This document shows positions 12,342 through 24,349 of a DNA stretch of 64,000 nt, in pieces (within the stretch, counting starts at the first letter, position 1; each line of letters opens with the position of its first letter). The stretch spans positions 388,492,001 to 388,556,000 of the forward strand of contig OZ024741.1 in NCBI GenBank assembly GCA_964016885.1, in the 5' to 3' direction. Made by a program: the position numbers and the translations under genes. This DNA is from Eledone cirrhosa. Its lineage: Eukaryota. Under the pieces are notes generated by a model. That model ran no database searches. It saw only the letters and a program-made list of their open reading frames with translations, and was not told the origin of the DNA.

Positions 12342-12972
12342 GAAGGATCAGAATGGAGAAAGAGGTGCTCTACCCTAGCAAGTTTTATAAAAGGTGGGTG
12401 AAAGTGGCGAGAATGGCCTGAGTGAATGGGCCTTCTCTCTATATCAGCCTGTAGGTGAGAGAGGAGAAGAAAGAGGAGAGGAAGGGAGCACCCGCTCTTT
12501 GTGCTCCTGAGGAGGAGGGCTGCACATTTTTTTAGGGGGCGTGTGCGACCCACGTCAACGCCCCCTCCCTATTGAGGACTTCGATTGTTGATTTTATTTT
12601 TTATATGTTTTTACACGTCCTTTGAAATGTATGTAAACTCCTCCCCTTGTATTTGTCCCAATCTTTGATGCCTTGGTGGCAAATAAATAGAAAGTTATCT
12701 ATCTATCTATCTATCTATATTTATGGGTAGACGTGTGATGGCTTGCTGGTAAGTTTTTGTTTAATTTTCTACGAGAAATTTGTAAATTTTATTTTACATT
12801 GTTTTAAAGATAAACCAATCACCTGAAACTTCAGGTGATTGGTTTCTTTCAGTTTCAAGGCCTTAGGGTGGAAATTTGCTCTGAAATTTAGGAAAATCGA
12901 ATATTTTATCTGTTTAATTTAGTCAAAATGGAACAAACGCTTCTAGAAAGGGGAGTGTAAAAGAAGACGTTA

Positions 12973-13682
12973 TGCCTTCTACTGCCATGCTGGTTGTCGC
13001 CATGACAACAATGTCAACAGACAGTTGCATGAAAACTTTTCGTAGGCCTCCACCCACTTTCCTGTCGCCACAGTGCTGGCCGCCTTCCATGCCATGCTGC
13101 CTTCAACGCGGTCATAAAGTATGGCTTGGACACTGCAGGCTTCCCCTCCCAGCTCGAGCCGGTAGGGCTGGACTGAGGGAACGGCAAAAGGCCAGACGGT
13201 ATGACCATCTTCCCGTTCCGCGGTGGCAAACCCCTCGTCTGGGATGCCACTTGCAGTGACACTTTCTCTAACCGCAACCTGGTGCAGTCTGCGACTAACC
13301 CAGGTATTACTGCACGTCGCGCTGGGAGGCCAAACTCTCCAAGTACTGGTCACTCTCCAACAGGTTCATGGTTATGCCCTTGGCAGTGGAGACTTCTGGT
13401 ATCCTTGGCCCTAGGGTTACCTCCCTATTCACCACCATTGGTGCAGAGCTGGCCAGCCACATGTGTGAGCCTCACAAATTGGATTGGCTCTTCCAGCGCA
13501 TCTCCCTTACCATCCTCCAGGGAAACGCCTTCTCCGTCCTGTCTGCCAGGGCTGTGGGGGATGAGGGACCCCATTTGCTCACCATACGGAGTAACTACAC
13601 TGTTTGACACACATGTATGTATTTATATGTAGTTTTAAATAATGTTTACAAAGTCAAAGCAAATTTAAAAAAAAAAAAAAAA
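12973..13682 (+). mobile_element. 5'-truncated CRE-clade-like non-LTR fragment (zinc knuckle plus restriction-like endonuclease) with poly(A)
   Basis: [37 protein letters not shown]...PLAVETSG...FQRISLTILQGNA, ending in an A run. Confidence 0.78.
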
Positions 13683-15021
13683 TTAAGATATTACGAAAAT
13701 CAACAACAGCAACTCAACAATTGGAAAAAATAAACACAAAGACAACTGCCACAAACGAAAACATCAACAACATGAACACAAACCAAGTGAAAAACAACAA
13801 CAACAACAATGAAAATAACAACCAACAGCAACACCTTCTTTTCGTATCTTCGAAGCATGTGGCTATATGACAGTTTCCCATTTCTTTACTCAGTCCTTTG
13901 CATTATTATTAAATTCTGCGAGATCTTTTAAGCAACACCTGAAAACAAAGAACACAAACCATCAACATCTACTCCACCATCACAAACCAAAAAAGACACT
14001 ACACTAAAAATTCAAATGAAAGACTCTATCTTACCCCTTCCCCTTCTGTTTAACACTCCCACAAACACTCCACCATCACACACCATACCCCCCCCCCCCC
14101 CCCACCGCATCTCCGGGCGAAGATGAAGAGGAGCCCCAAAAATAAAAACAAAACAAAACAAGACACCGTAAAAACACAAAAACGCCAATCACCAACAGAA
14201 ACACACAGCCACCACCACAAACGACAATTTCACCAACACAGACACCACCACAACCCCCCACTCACCCACCAGCAAAACAAACACCAACACCACCACAAGC
14301 ACAGATGTCCACCACCAAAAGAAAACTAGAGAACAAACAACAAACAGAAACATCACAGCAAAACATCAAACCACACTACACATACATTAACACTACAAAT
14401 AAAGACCTAATTCTAACTAGATATCAACTAGATTTCCCAAGTGCACCACTGTGGACATGGAGCAACCATACTAGGACTTCTAGATCATATTTAGATAGAT
14501 TTCTAATTAGACAAAATGATAGGGGAACATTAAGATGTCCAAAAATGAAAGCTCTATCAATTCAAGATAAAATCTACAGGCATGGACACCCTGGCAGGAT
14601 CCTGCCAAAAGAACCTGTCCAAGATGTGAGCAGAACACCGAAACTGTTCTGCACACCATTGTCCAGTGCCCAGGAGTTACCGCTGTGGAATTATGTTGAG
14701 CAGCTACTGTAGGATGAATCCAGCTGTCAGCCAAGTCCATCGGGATGACTATCCCACCACCTTCATTTAACACCAAAGGAGAGGCAGTTTTTCTGTCTGG
14801 TGGCTATAGTGAAATAAGATATATGGTAGATTCGATTAAAAGGACTCGGAGCAAACATCGTCCTCTCTGGACAACAACTCATTCCCTTTTTCAAATACCA
14901 TTTTAAAAGGAAGATGAGGGCATAGAGAAAGAGGTGTTGCATCCCAGTAAATTCGCTGAAAGGTGGGTGAATGTGGTGAAAATGGCTCGAATGAATGGGC
15001 CTACTCTGTATATAAACCTGT

Positions 15022-15199
15022 CTTAGTTTTAGATTCTTCCGCGCCGTTCGGCGCATCGAGCAGTAAGTACTCACCAACAGTCCCGATCAGCAGCAACTTT
15101 TTCGAGACTGTGCCAGGTGATGTTGGCTGCCATCAGGTCCTTCCAGAACGTTCGTCACCAGGTGATCCTTGGGCAACCCCGCCTCCGTTTACTGCCGTT
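15022..15199 (-). mobile_element. Short RTE-like 3' fragment with 9-bp TSD
   Basis: Minus strand reads KRRRGCPRITW*RTF...VAADRDCW; TAAACCTGT at 15013-15021 and 15200-15208. Confidence 0.75.
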
Positions 15200-15402
15200 T
15201 AAACCTGTAAGTGGAAGAAAACAAGAAAGAAGACAGGAGCACTTACAAAACATGCTCTTGGAAGTGATGTTCCCTCCTATTGGGGATTTCAATTCTTTAT
15301 TTATAATTGTTAAATTTATTTACATGCTTTCATCGAAAACCCTGCTGTCCCAAGTCTTATAATATCCCATTTCTTGTGTGCCCTTGTGGCAAATAAAAAA
15401 AA

Positions 15403-15660
15403 TCTACCCATCTACCTACCTACCTACCTACCTACCTACCTACCTACCTACCTACCTACCTACCTACCTATATATCTATCTATCTATCTATCTATCTACA
15501 TATCTATCTATATGCCTACCTATGTAACTATCTACCTACTTACATATTTCTCCCTCTCTCTTTCCCTCTCTCTCTCCCCCTCTCTCTCTCTCTATATATA
15601 TATATATACACACACATACTTATATATATCATATTATATATATATATATACATATATATG
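15403..15660. repeat. (CTAC)n/(TATC)n/(TC)n/(TA)n compound microsatellite
   Basis: Seen directly. Confidence 0.95.
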
Positions 15661-15972
15661 ATGGCTGCCCCCTCGTTATCGAGTATGGCCATTGCATGAT
15701 ATACCATTATTAATAATTATTAATTAATTCTATCGTGCAATGCCTGTGCGTGAAGATATTTTTTAAAGCGAGGAAAGACTGTGCACTGAGCCAATCCCAC
15801 TCTCTGGGCGACAGCTATAACCCGAAAAAAAGAAAAGATCAACATCATCGGTAACTACTGAGCCGCAGGTTTTATATCGGAGTTATCCCCAGTTTTCTGA
15901 GTTGCCTTCTCCTAGAAGAATGACCTGACAAAGGCTAGGGGTCCTTCACTCCTAGTAGTTTAACCGCGTGGT
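15661..15972 (-). mobile_element. Short non-coding RTE-derived element (5'-UTR-like segment plus 3' tip)
   Basis: Minus strand TCTAGGAGAAGGCAACTC (RTE 5'-UTR-like) and CATACTCGATAACGAG; related copies at 28378-29147 and 29600-29790. Confidence 0.55.
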
Positions 15973-16149
15973 ACATGTGTATATACATATTTACACACTT
16001 TTGGACGGCCGTTGACTCTTATGAGTTCTTCCGCCCTTTGTATATACATATATACTTATATATATATTATATCAAAAATACGGTGAAAACTTATATTTCT
16101 AATTTCAAACTCGCTCGCTGTTTCAAAACATACTTACTTATATATTATA

Positions 16150-17022
16150 CTAGCAGTAAAGCCCGGCGTTGCTCGGGGTCGCTCAGTAGCTGTGTTAAAG
16201 TTACAATGTTAAGTTTCTTTCTTGGCTTAAAAACTGTAGTGTCTACTGTGCAGACTTGCATGTGGTGTTTTTGATTAATATTCCCTCAACCAACAATATG
16301 CCTTATGAAGTTAAGAAAACATAACGATAACCCGAATGTTATAACAAAATAGGATGCTGGGGATAGAAACTGCACTGGTTATTTATTAACAAAGATCGAA
16401 AATGTAAACACTGCAACGCAGAGAAAAACATTAGCGTAACCAAATTATCAGTTATGTCTGTCTGCACGCCTATATCACCTCTCTGCACGACTGTCTGTCT
16501 GCACGCCTATATCACCTCTCTGCACGACTGTCTGTCTGCACGACTGTCTGTCTGCACGCCTAACGACGAAATATTTGCTTGTTTTACGTAGTCTTTAAAT
16601 AGACTTGTTTTCAAGTAAAAATATTGTTTTAAAATGCTTTTAAATGGAAATGAAGCAAAACGGAAGCTTAGTGTTCGAACTGATGAATTTTGCAGGTCAA
16701 TATTTTGCTGGCTCGACAACTGTTCGTGTATTGTGTTAATGTCATTTTAAACGCTGAGAAAGCCAGCGTAATTTTTTACGTAAGACGCTCAATGTAAACA
16801 GAACAAAGGGAAATAACTGATAACTTACGCTCAAAAATCGATACATTATATTCGATTTCGTCACATAGGGTGGGTCAATTTAAAATATTTTTTTCCGATG
16901 TCTTCGCTAGGGCTCAATGTACAAGTATAGCAATTTCGGTGCAATTCCGTGAGAGATTCTAAGAGGAGATGTGTGCCAAAAATCGATAGACAGACAGACA
17001 ACCACAGTTTTATATATATAGA
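16150..17022 (-). mobile_element. Non-autonomous Helitron
   Basis: Minus strand: A|TCTATATATATAAAA start, (CTGT)n, subterminal hairpin CCCGAGCAACGCCGGG, end CTAG|T, no TSD; internal 37/16-bp repeats at 16455-16560. Confidence 0.88.
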
Positions 17023-17029
17023 TTATTTA

Positions 17030-17625
17030 TTTATGTTTTAATATGGAACAGAGGCACTACCCAAGGTTTCAAGACCCGAGTTCAACCATACCCCCAGAGA
17101 CATCAAAATTGTCATCTTTCTTCAGGTGCTTATGCAAGTTTATAAGACACTGTTAAAAGTAAATTTTGTTAAGAACGCATGTTTATGAAAAAACTTAATA
17201 AAACAAAGGGAAATAACTCCAAAATATATATTTGAATTTTGTTCGAAGATTACAAACCTTATAATATCTTAAATTTAGCTCTCAGAGATGACATTTCTTG
17301 GTACTGTTGGTGTTAGGCCTGGATCTTTTAATTACCCTCCAAGATATCTTATGTAGAACTCTCCTTTCCCCTTTAATTGGCAGACTTTTTACGCCAGAGC
17401 TGTACTGGTTCTCATATCAGGATTCTTGAAGGAGTGGAGATGCATGTAAAAACGTTGTTTAAAGCGATCTTGCACCATACCGCATATCTTTCGCTAACTT
17501 TAGAATTTTCTGTGGTGTTGTATGTAATCTCTGCCTCATACACAACGGATTTGACATTACAATTCTGTCTGAGAGGGCAGTTTTCTTTAACCCTACAAGA
17601 GCAGCTTGGATTATCATCACAGATA
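17030..17625 (-). mobile_element. Penelope-like element 3' remnant (Hydra-type C-terminal GIY-YIG)
   Basis: CSCRVKENCPLRQNCNVKSVVYEAEI...SWRVIKRS..KKCHL, followed by a hammerhead. Confidence 0.78.
17054..17129 (-). ncRNA. Type I hammerhead ribozyme (Penelope pLTR)
   Basis: GCAC CTGAAGA AAGA..TCTT GAAA CCTTGGG TA GTGC, downstream of a GIY-YIG remnant. Confidence 0.8.
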
Positions 17626-18329
17626 AAGTAAAACTGTAATGTGTTGTTCTCTGGTGCTGTTTTTCTTGGTTTTCTTGTTTTTTTTTTACTTTTACTTATA
17701 CACACATACACACACACACATATGTATATGCAGAGAGAGAGAAAGAGAGAGAGTTTACATGGGTCTATAGAAGAATGTTTTCTACAGACCAGCAATGGTT
17801 ATAAGATAATTTTCGTGTTTCACAATAGTTAATCAGCACAAAGTGTAAATGGGCAGATACTTTTGAATTTCAGCTTGGATGGTTTATTGTGACATGATGA
17901 AAGACATGTCTCTGCCCTTTCACGCTCTGATAAAAAGAGTAATCTCATTAAGGTATACAAAATCATTGAAATCATACAGCTGAAGTTGCATGGTGGTAAA
18001 GTGGTTGGGATATGGAAGTGTTACTGAACAACTGAACAACGTTGTTTGCTATGATTGGTGGTGTCAACAATGGATGCATTAACTGGCCTAAGTTCATTGA
18101 TCAAAGGTTACTGAAAATATTTGATGTGTGACTAGAATCATTGATGAGTTATAGGGAATTCTTGATAACATCAACTATGAATGATATCAGCTAATACTAC
18201 TTTTATCTGTTATCAGTCATCATTGACTCACATGTCAGTATCTCATGCAAGTCTTTCTTAGAGTTCTACACAGAAAAACTCATGCATGCAATTTAGATAG
18301 TTGTGTTTAATCGTCACTATTTGAAAAGA

Positions 18330-18514
18330 GGGTGGTGAATTGGCAGTATCGGTAGAGGGTCGGACGCCCTGCTTTCCAGCATAGTTACGTCCCTTTACAG
18401 TCTGAGTTCAAATCCCGTCGAGGTTAACTTTTCCTTTCATCCTTACGGGGTCGATCAAATAAAGTACCAGTAATGTACTGAGTAATTGCTGGCCTTGTGC
18501 CAAAAGTAGAAACA
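18330..18514 (+). mobile_element. tRNA-derived SINE with Meta-domain-like body, 14-bp TSD
   Basis: A/B boxes, CCTTTCATCCTTACGGGGTCGAT..AAAGTACC; TSD ACTATTTGAAAAGA at 18316-18329 and 18515-18528. Confidence 0.85.
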
Positions 18515-19724
18515 ACTATTTGAAAAGATTCTTTGATTTTTGTTTCCAACTTTGTTTTTTACTAACAAATAAACAATCATTTTATAAAGCATTGAGCAAA
18601 TTTGAATTTTGAAAGTTTGTTATCATCATTGTGACAACAGTTGAACACTCCTAGCAAAGTCTCTCCACAATTCATGATTTTCCATTGCTCCTGGCTCCCT
18701 ACTGAGGTTTGTGTCGTCTGAGAGTTGATCGATGAAGGTTCAAGCAAATTTTCTACTGCGTCTCCCGTGTGTTAGTTCTCACAACAGTAGCTTGTGTATA
18801 ACTTTCTGATTACTTCTCCAGCAATGTCCTGTAAATCATAATTGCCTTTAAGCAAAGATTGTTCACTTATTATAAGCTTCTACAATGCAGGTTTAACTAT
18901 TAAATAGTCAAACATGTTGGGCATATATATCTCTAGAGATAGAAAATAGTAAACAGAGTTACCTGTAGGAAATGAAAGCCAAGGAGTTGGAGACTGGGGG
19001 GGGGGGGGGGGGGGGGGATAATAGGACAAAATTGAGAAGCTTTTCATGAGGTCCAGAAAGCTGACCTCTGTTCCAGCAGGGAAAATGGTATTAAAACGTT
19101 TGTTGTAGTTGTTTTAATTTTGTACACTATTGTATTCATTATCATAACGCCTGAATAATAAATATTAACATTTTGGAATAGTATAATAAATCAATAATGG
19201 TTTAAACATTTTCAAATCTTAAGATTTTGTTTTAAAAGAAATATTATATTTCAAATATATAGCCTTCCATTTGCTTACCTCAGCCTGTCATGGTAAGCCA
19301 TTGCTTAGTTATGAACAGTTATGTATAAATGGTGGAGTGGGAACATTGTTTTCATAATCCTTTACATTATTTCTGAACGTATCAATTATAACACAGGAAA
19401 AAATGTCTAAACCTCTTGCAGCGAAAAGATTTTGCAGCTTCTATATAATTAGGCAATATTTCCACAGGCTTTTATCAAGGACATACATTTCATTTAGCAG
19501 AGATTCCTATACACTTTAAGGTTCAAAAGTTTAAGAATCTTTCAAGGATGTTATGGAACATATGCATGCATGTATGGTATGTAATTTCTGAGGGAGTCAT
19601 AAGGGTGCCATTGTGACATACAGCATTTCTAGGGTATATTTAAACCTGGCAAAGTCCATCTCCTTTCCAGGCAGGAACACAGCAGATTTCTTCCAGAGGA
19701 AGAATAGAGAGTGAGAAAAAGATA

Positions 19725-19890
19725 TAGAGGGAAAAAAATCAACCTCAGTCCTTGACTGGTAATTTTTTATCAACCTCAAATGGATGAAAGGCAAAGTTGA
19801 CCTTGGCAGGATTTGAATTCAGAGAGCCAAAACGTTTACTGCAAAGCATTCTATCTGGCATTCTAATGACTCTGCCAATTCGCTGCCTAT
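19725..19890 (-). mobile_element. Older Meta-like SINE copy
   Basis: GGATGAAAGGCAAAGTTGACCTTGGCAGGATTTGAA matches the reverse complement of the 18330 family. Confidence 0.65.
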
Positions 19891-21140
19891 GATAAATATT
19901 CAGAGCTGCAAATTGTTTATAAGACTAGTAAGAAAATGTAGATATATGGAAACAGTTTTATTGTTACTTGTTTAAGGTAGTTTTGAACATCCTTAGTATA
20001 TTTAGGACTACATAATTCAACGTGTCCTTCCTGTTTTAAGATGGCAGACTGTGGTTTGAGGAAATTTGGCTGCTTTTTAGCAAACCAAGCAACCAGGTGG
20101 AAGCTTCTTCATCTGGTTGTTACTGTTGTTGTTTAGCCCCTGTTCAGCCCTGATTTAGCAACTCTATGGTGGAAGTTATCCCAGCAGTGATCAGCCTGTC
20201 TTTTTCCTATGTCCAGAGAACCCAGTACCACATCATTCTATGTGTTCTTTTTCAAAGTTGGGTAGGTGGCAGCACAACAAACAAAAGTTATTAAAAGGGT
20301 GGATGAACTCCTTAGAATCAACAGCAATCCACCACAGCTATGGGTTAAATAGCTTCACCAACCCACAATTGGTCAAGTATGATGAGTATGGTTACACCCC
20401 TGACATAACCAAAACCAAACAGAAAGTGGTGGAGGTCAACAAGGGAAGGATCCCTCTGACAGGAGTGAGAAGGCTCTGTATTGGATTGGATTGGTGGGGG
20501 TGATGTCAAGGAGATTTGACTGTTATTTCCAGCAAGTCAAGTGAGTGCAATAAGACTCTCTCCTTGACTCAAATATCTGACTACAGAATAAGGCTAATGA
20601 CTCACATAAAAAAAAAAAAAAATTTAAAACACCTCAAGACGAGTGGCTGAGGGATTTTAGATATTGAAGTGACTATAAGCAATTATCTCAGAAAGATGTG
20701 AAGTTTGTTGATTTTATGTTAAGAAAATAAGATGAAATCATTAATGAAGTTGAAGGAGAATGGTAGAGATGGCGGAGTGTATTAGAGATGTTTGGGGAGA
20801 AAGATTAGATTGCTAAAATATCAAAAGTGTGCCTAATATGTGATTAGGATTTTTAGATTTTTGGAAGATATCAATGTTATCTTCAGAAAGGAAGAACCCC
20901 TCATGGGGAATATAGGTGGCATGGGAGATAGTTTTAGTAGTTATTGTTGTTGTTGTTTAACCTTTTTGTCACTATATTTCTAATTAAATACACTACACCA
21001 TATTTGAATTAATTATTGAAGAATTTGGAGGGGTTTACAAAATTATTAATATACACATTATATGATTAAATAGTGTGAATATTTTAATAAATAAAAAAAA
21101 AATCTAATAAAATTAATTAAATAATAATAATTATTATTAT

Positions 21141-22465
21141 TTCTTTATTAGCCACACAGGGCTCACATTAAGAAAACATTAAAGATGGTACAGGAAAATG
21201 CAGTGTGAGGTTGTTGGTGTAAAATATAATTTTTAACAGAGACTAAGAAAATAAGCATTAAAAAAAACAAACAACAAATTACAAAAAGATGGGGAGACTC
21301 CAAGGGTCACTCATAGAGAAAGCCACGGTCACCCTGTTCGTGAGGGCAAAGTGCCCTTCCCAGTTGTTCTCCTCCAATCTGCAGGCATATACACAAAGTA
21401 GGCCCATTCACACAGACAATGCTTGCCAGTCTCCCACATCTTTTAACAAACTTGTTGGAAGGCTGCACTTCCCTCTCCACCCTGATTTTCCTCTTCAAGT
21501 GAAACCTGAAAAAGTTAATCAGGGCTTTGCCAAAGAGGAAAATGATTGTCTTCAACTCTTTTAAACACATCCACCACATGACTTCCTTTGCCATGGCCAC
21601 CAGGCAGATAAAAACTGCCTGTTCTTCTCATCGAAAGGAAGATAGCAGGGTGAATGGACTCAGTTTATAGGTGAAACCATCCTACAGGTGAGAGCAAGTA
21701 CTTGACATAAACCTACAGGTCAGCAATACTTAGACATTCGATGAGTGCATTCAGGATGGTTTTGTCGCCTTGCACACATCTGGGACAGGCCTGGCTGATG
21801 GCATTTTCATGTCTGTAGAGTTTAGCTGGAACTTGCAAATCTCCTCGATAGCACTGCCAGGCCAGGCATTTCTGGAAATTATCCATGGTCCCTGGGCCGA
21901 AAGTCCTCTGGAAAAGAGTGGCGTGTTGATTTTCATCGATGTCTGGAGTTTCCCCAAGAACGTTGTCACTTTTATCTGCCACTAACTCTCTATAGAACAC
22001 CAAGGTAGGGTTTCCACCAATCATATTGCTCGATTGGCAGTGGACTGTGAGCGCCCCCCCCCCCCCCCCTCGGTCTCTGCCTGATCCAGGACGCAGCCCC
22101 GTTGAGATGATCTAGGGGAATATGCATCTGCTGAATGGTGACCGCACCTGTTCACCATTAAGGAAAAGATGGAGATATTGTAGTCTCAGTGCATGACTTT
22201 CCATCATCAGGCACAGCATCCCCAGTCCTCCACTCAATGGGTGTTGACAGCAGATGGACCACCTGACCACTGGAACATGTACCTTCCACAAGAAGCAGAA
22301 AAGCAAGTGTCCCAGTGCAGTCAGGTGGGGGTTTAAAACAAGGCACGACAGTCAGGTGGTTGTAGATGAAGGACATGATGTACGTGTTCACATCCTCTGC
22401 TCTACTTTTCAGGAACAGCTTTCTCTCGGCCCATTCCTGAATGAGATTGGCCACTCTGTTCATCA
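21141..22465 (-). mobile_element. Tx1-like ORF2 3' portion and 3' UTR
   Basis: WAERKLFLK, CCQHPLSGGLG, MDNFQKCLAWQCYRG, CPRC; ends CCCTGTGTGGCTAATAAA followed by (TAA)n. Confidence 0.88.
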
Positions 22466-22524
22466 CAATCTGGTTTATTGTTTTACCTTTTTCACCACAC
22501 AACAATGATACATCCAGTTTTAAA

Positions 22525-22702
22525 ATAATTGTTTCTACTTTTGGCACAAGGCCAGCAATTACCCAGTGCATTACTGGTACTTTATTTTATCGACCCCGTA
22601 AGGATGAAAGGCAAAGTTAACCTCGGCGAGATTTGAACTCAGAATGGCAAGGGCCGTAACTCTATGCATCAAAGCATGGCGTCCGACCCTCTTCCGATAC
22701 AA
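22525..22702 (-). mobile_element. Meta-like SINE
   Basis: Near-identical to 24141-24327. Confidence 0.85.
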
Positions 22703-22755
22703 TGTTTGTTCATTATCTTCAATGTTTTCAAAGTTATTGTTTTAAAGTTAATTAT

Positions 22756-23463
22756 TACCATAACGCTGATAAACTTAGAATTCAAAATTTCTGCCAAGCA
22801 GTTAGTAACGAGGTTGGTGCTTGTCCTCTGAGTCTGGTGGGAGAAGGGCAGACATGTGCAATTCCAGACAGATCCATCCCTGGCAACCTTCACCTCATGT
22901 GATATAGAGAGAGTAGCTAAGGAACCTGGCACAGGTGGGGCCCTGATCAACTTGGATCAATCGAAAGCATTCGATAGGGTAGACCATCGATACCTGGCAG
23001 CAGTCCTCAGGGCAACCAGTTTTGGGCCCATTTTTAGAGGGTGGATCGCTGCAATGCACAGTGACATCTGCTCTGTGGTGAAAGTGAACTGTCATCTTTC
23101 GGAACCATTCAATATCATATGCTCAGTTTTCCAAGGTTGTCCCTCTCATCCCTGTTGTATGTAGTGACTCTAGAGCCATTATTGCACAAACTGGAGATTT
23201 TGAGGGGCATCCTGCATGAACTAGGATGCAGGAGAGCCGTGTCAGCTTATGCTGACGATGTCACTGTAGTGGTGTCGAGTGCCAAACATATCGAAGTGAT
23301 CGGTACTCCTCTAAGAGAATATGAAACAGTGACAGGAGCAAAAATTAACCAGGAATAGTCAGTGTACCAGCAGCTCGGCACTTGGAGAGACAAGTTCATT
23401 CCACCCAACAGTGTCATCGGGCACTGGATGGATAAACCAGTTAAATTGCTTGTGGTCTGGTTT
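22756..23463 (+). mobile_element. Tx1-like RT fragment
   Basis: QTCAIP, GALINLDQSKAFDRV, QGCP, AYADD, KLLVVWF. Confidence 0.88.
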
Positions 23464-24140
23464 AGTGAATGTAAGATGCTTGCTCAGAATAAGTACAAGA
23501 GAAAGCACCACAACATTGCCAGATTGGTTCATTAACAGCTATGTCATAAGTATGACATGAGCAGAAGTAAGAAATGGTATGAGCACCAACTGGAAAGGGT
23601 GCTGAAAATGAATAGTATAAGATCTTGTGGGACATGACTACCCAGTGCAACCATTTTATCGTGGCTAGAAAGCCTGAAATTGTTGTTGTAGAAAAGAATA
23701 ATAACAAAGCATATATTATGGATATTGCTTCACTGTGGGACCACAGGGTGAATGAGAATGGAAGTGAGAAAGTTGAGAAATACCAGGAGCTGCAGAGAGA
23801 AATCAGGAAACTGTGGAGAATCAGACATGTAGAAGTGGTCCTGATTGTGGTTGATGTACTGGGAGCAGTTAGTAAACGTTTGGATGCATGGATTGAGAAG
23901 CTAGGAATTACCATCAGGGCAGGATTGTTGCAGAAAACAGCCTTGCTAGGAACAACAAGAAGTCTAAGAAGGGTTTGGGAAAGTTGAAGGAGAGCGAATA
24001 ACTCAAAGGACCTTTGGCCATTGGTTATGGCTCGCTCTTTTGGTATAATGTCAGTGTAACATCTGCCAGAACAAAAGCGTTGCAAATGATAATAATAATA
24101 ATAACAAAAATAAAAATAAAAATAAAATAATAATAATAAA
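23464..24140 (+). mobile_element. Dong/R4-clade RLE non-LTR 3' fragment with (TAA)n tail
   Basis: ECKMLAQNKY..H, KWYEH, ILWD, ARKPEIVV, DIA, KVEKYQEL, LQKTALLGT. Confidence 0.85.
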
Positions 24141-24327
24141 TGTTTCTACTATTGGCACAAGGCCAGCAATTACCCAGTACATTACTGGTACTTTATTTTA
24201 TCGACCCCGTAAGGATGAAAGGCAAAGTTAACCTCGGCTGGATTTGAACTCAGAATGGCAAGGGCCGTAACTCTATGTGTCAAAGCATGGCATCCAACCC
24301 TCTACCGATACTGCCAATCTACCGCCT
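24141..24327 (-). mobile_element. Meta-like SINE, full length
   Basis: tRNA head plus Meta-like body; its 3' end abuts the (TAA)n of the Dong fragment. Confidence 0.88.
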
Positions 24328-24349
24328 TAAAAATAATAATAATAATAAC

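Larger units (their letters stand above)
1125..12694 (+). mobile_element. Tx1/L1-clade non-LTR retrotransposon, near full-length, decayed, interrupted by Gypsy at 6460-12341
   Basis: ORF1 with CCHC knuckle, then APE, RT (YADD) and C-terminal Cys/His motif. Reading resumes after the Gypsy (FFKYHLRR|RIRMEKEVL). Ends CCTTGGTGGCAAATAAA followed by (TATC)n. Confidence 0.92.
12725..15402 (+). mobile_element. Second Tx1-like copy, internally deleted, carrying two nested inserts
   Basis: 5' motif TAGACGTGT...TACGAGAA shared with copy 1; Asn/Thr-rich ORF1 remnant; APE end (LWTWSNHTRTSRSYLDRFL) fused to C-terminal DKIYRHG; 3' CCCTTGTGGCAAATAAA. Confidence 0.8.

Noticed and set aside
18540-19375. Minus-strand splice-like sites (acceptors ~18830 and ~19373, donor ~19278)
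   Set aside because: All frames close quickly; cannot be told from chance without transcript data.
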